Shown here piece after piece: positions 62,831 through 64,000 of a stretch of 64,000 nucleotides of DNA; the first letter of the stretch is position 1, and each line of letters begins with the position of its first letter. The stretch is from Scyliorhinus canicula (Eukaryota). The position numbers and the translations under genes are program-made. The notes under the pieces are model-generated. The model worked only from the letters and a program-made list of their open reading frames with translations. It made no database searches and was not told the origin of the DNA. The stretch is from assembly GCF_902713615.1 (NCBI RefSeq), contig NC_052155.1, forward strand, positions 55,506,315 to 55,570,314, given 5' to 3'.

Positions 62831-64000
62831 CTGATGTGATGTGTGCAATTTGGCTGCTGTATTCCCTTACATCGAACAATGACTTCTAAAGTATATCATT
62901 GACTGTAAAGAGGTTGTGAGTACACTAAAGTTCTTTATTTCTATATATGTCATACTGCTAAATAAAACAGATCAATAAAATGTGTTATCAACCAAGAAAT
63001 GATTAAGTGCAACATAAAGTATTGTACAAATAAAATAGACTGATTCAAAATTCTGCTTGAAACAAATTGAGCAAAATATTATGTTATAAATAGCATGACA
63101 CGGCTTAATAAGAAGTCAAGGTATGAAGGATATAATTCTGATGATTTTAAAAATCTGTATAAATAAGATAGAGCCATGTACAATGCTGTATTTCAATAAA
63201 TAAAGGAAAGGTATAATAACTAAATATTGTCTTCAAGAAATTGAATACAAAAGAAATGAACAAGATAAAATAGCACCAAAATAGTAATACATTCAACAAA
63301 ATAATGAAATGCCAAAATACTGCTTTAAACAAAATAAAGTAAAATTGAATAAAACAAACACTATGCAAATTAAAAATGAATTTGAAATGTAACCGTAAAT
63401 GCTAAAATTAAGTGTACATAATAAACACAATTAGCCAAGTAAAAGTTAAAGTATTATGATGTAAAATAAATGTAGAAGATAGTATAATGCTGAGATGCTA
63501 TAAAAATAAAATCGATATCATTCTAAGACATTATATAAAATAACACAACACAATAAATAAAATCTAAATGAAAAAACAGAGGAATGCTGACGTGCTGTAG
63601 AAAATAAAGTAGGAGAATCATACCAAAATATGCTATGAAATTTAATAGCTGAGTGTTGGAATACAAAAACCAGTTTAACAAATTAGAACAAAATTAAATT
63701 AAGTGTTATATGAATGAAGCATATGAAATAAACTAAGTCATGTAATTCGCAACACCATAAAAAAGTTAAATATTATAAAACAGAAAATGGTACGGAACGT
63801 GATAGTTTGTTCAAAGCCATTAAACCAAATGAAGCCCAAAACACTCATAAACCCAAAGAGCAAGTTGAGCCTGAAGTCCCAACATATTTCAGTGGTTTAT
63901 TTTTCCATAAATTACTTAGTCCAGTCAGACGGTCTACAGTATTGATATCAACAAATATGTTAAGCCTTCATACTCAACCTGCTCTTTGGATTTTTTTACT

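Noticed and set aside
61391-63368. Hydrophobic F/I/L/Y-rich ORFs read as membrane proteins or a NUMT
   Set aside because: Explained by T-rich low complexity on the minus strand; no mitochondrial protein motifs were recognised.

Overview
This is eukaryotic vertebrate DNA, almost certainly a cartilaginous fish: it carries many shark HE1/V-SINE-type and Deu-domain SINEs, CR1 LINEs and Harbinger-type MITEs. The window holds the conserved PTDSS1-MTERF3-UQCRB block. I reconstructed by hand the first three coding exons of PTDSS1 (minus strand, running off the left edge), all seven coding exons of MTERF3 (plus, 415 aa) and all four exons of UQCRB (plus, 111 aa); all have GT-AG junctions and consistent phases. 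Three structures stand out. (1) A complete 2.37-kb Tigger/pogo element (TA target duplication, decayed TIRs, inserted in an old CR1) still carries an uninterrupted 595-aa DD32D transposase ORF. The ORF has its own splice acceptor and strong Kozak context and sits sense, upstream of MTERF3's first coding exon, making it a candidate domesticated exon-trap transposase gene. (2) A ~4.3-kb, ~60-bp-unit minisatellite lies inside the PTDSS1/MTERF3 head-to-head region. (3) A near-perfect 1.4-kb palindrome (~685-bp arms, 28-bp spacer) is inserted in UQCRB intron 2. The rest is dense, nested transposon debris (hAT-Buster, Gypsy LTR, L1, Penelope, Rex/Babar, CR1, SINEs). Most short ORFs in the supplied track are spurious. 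TE family names come from recalled consensus motifs, not database searches.
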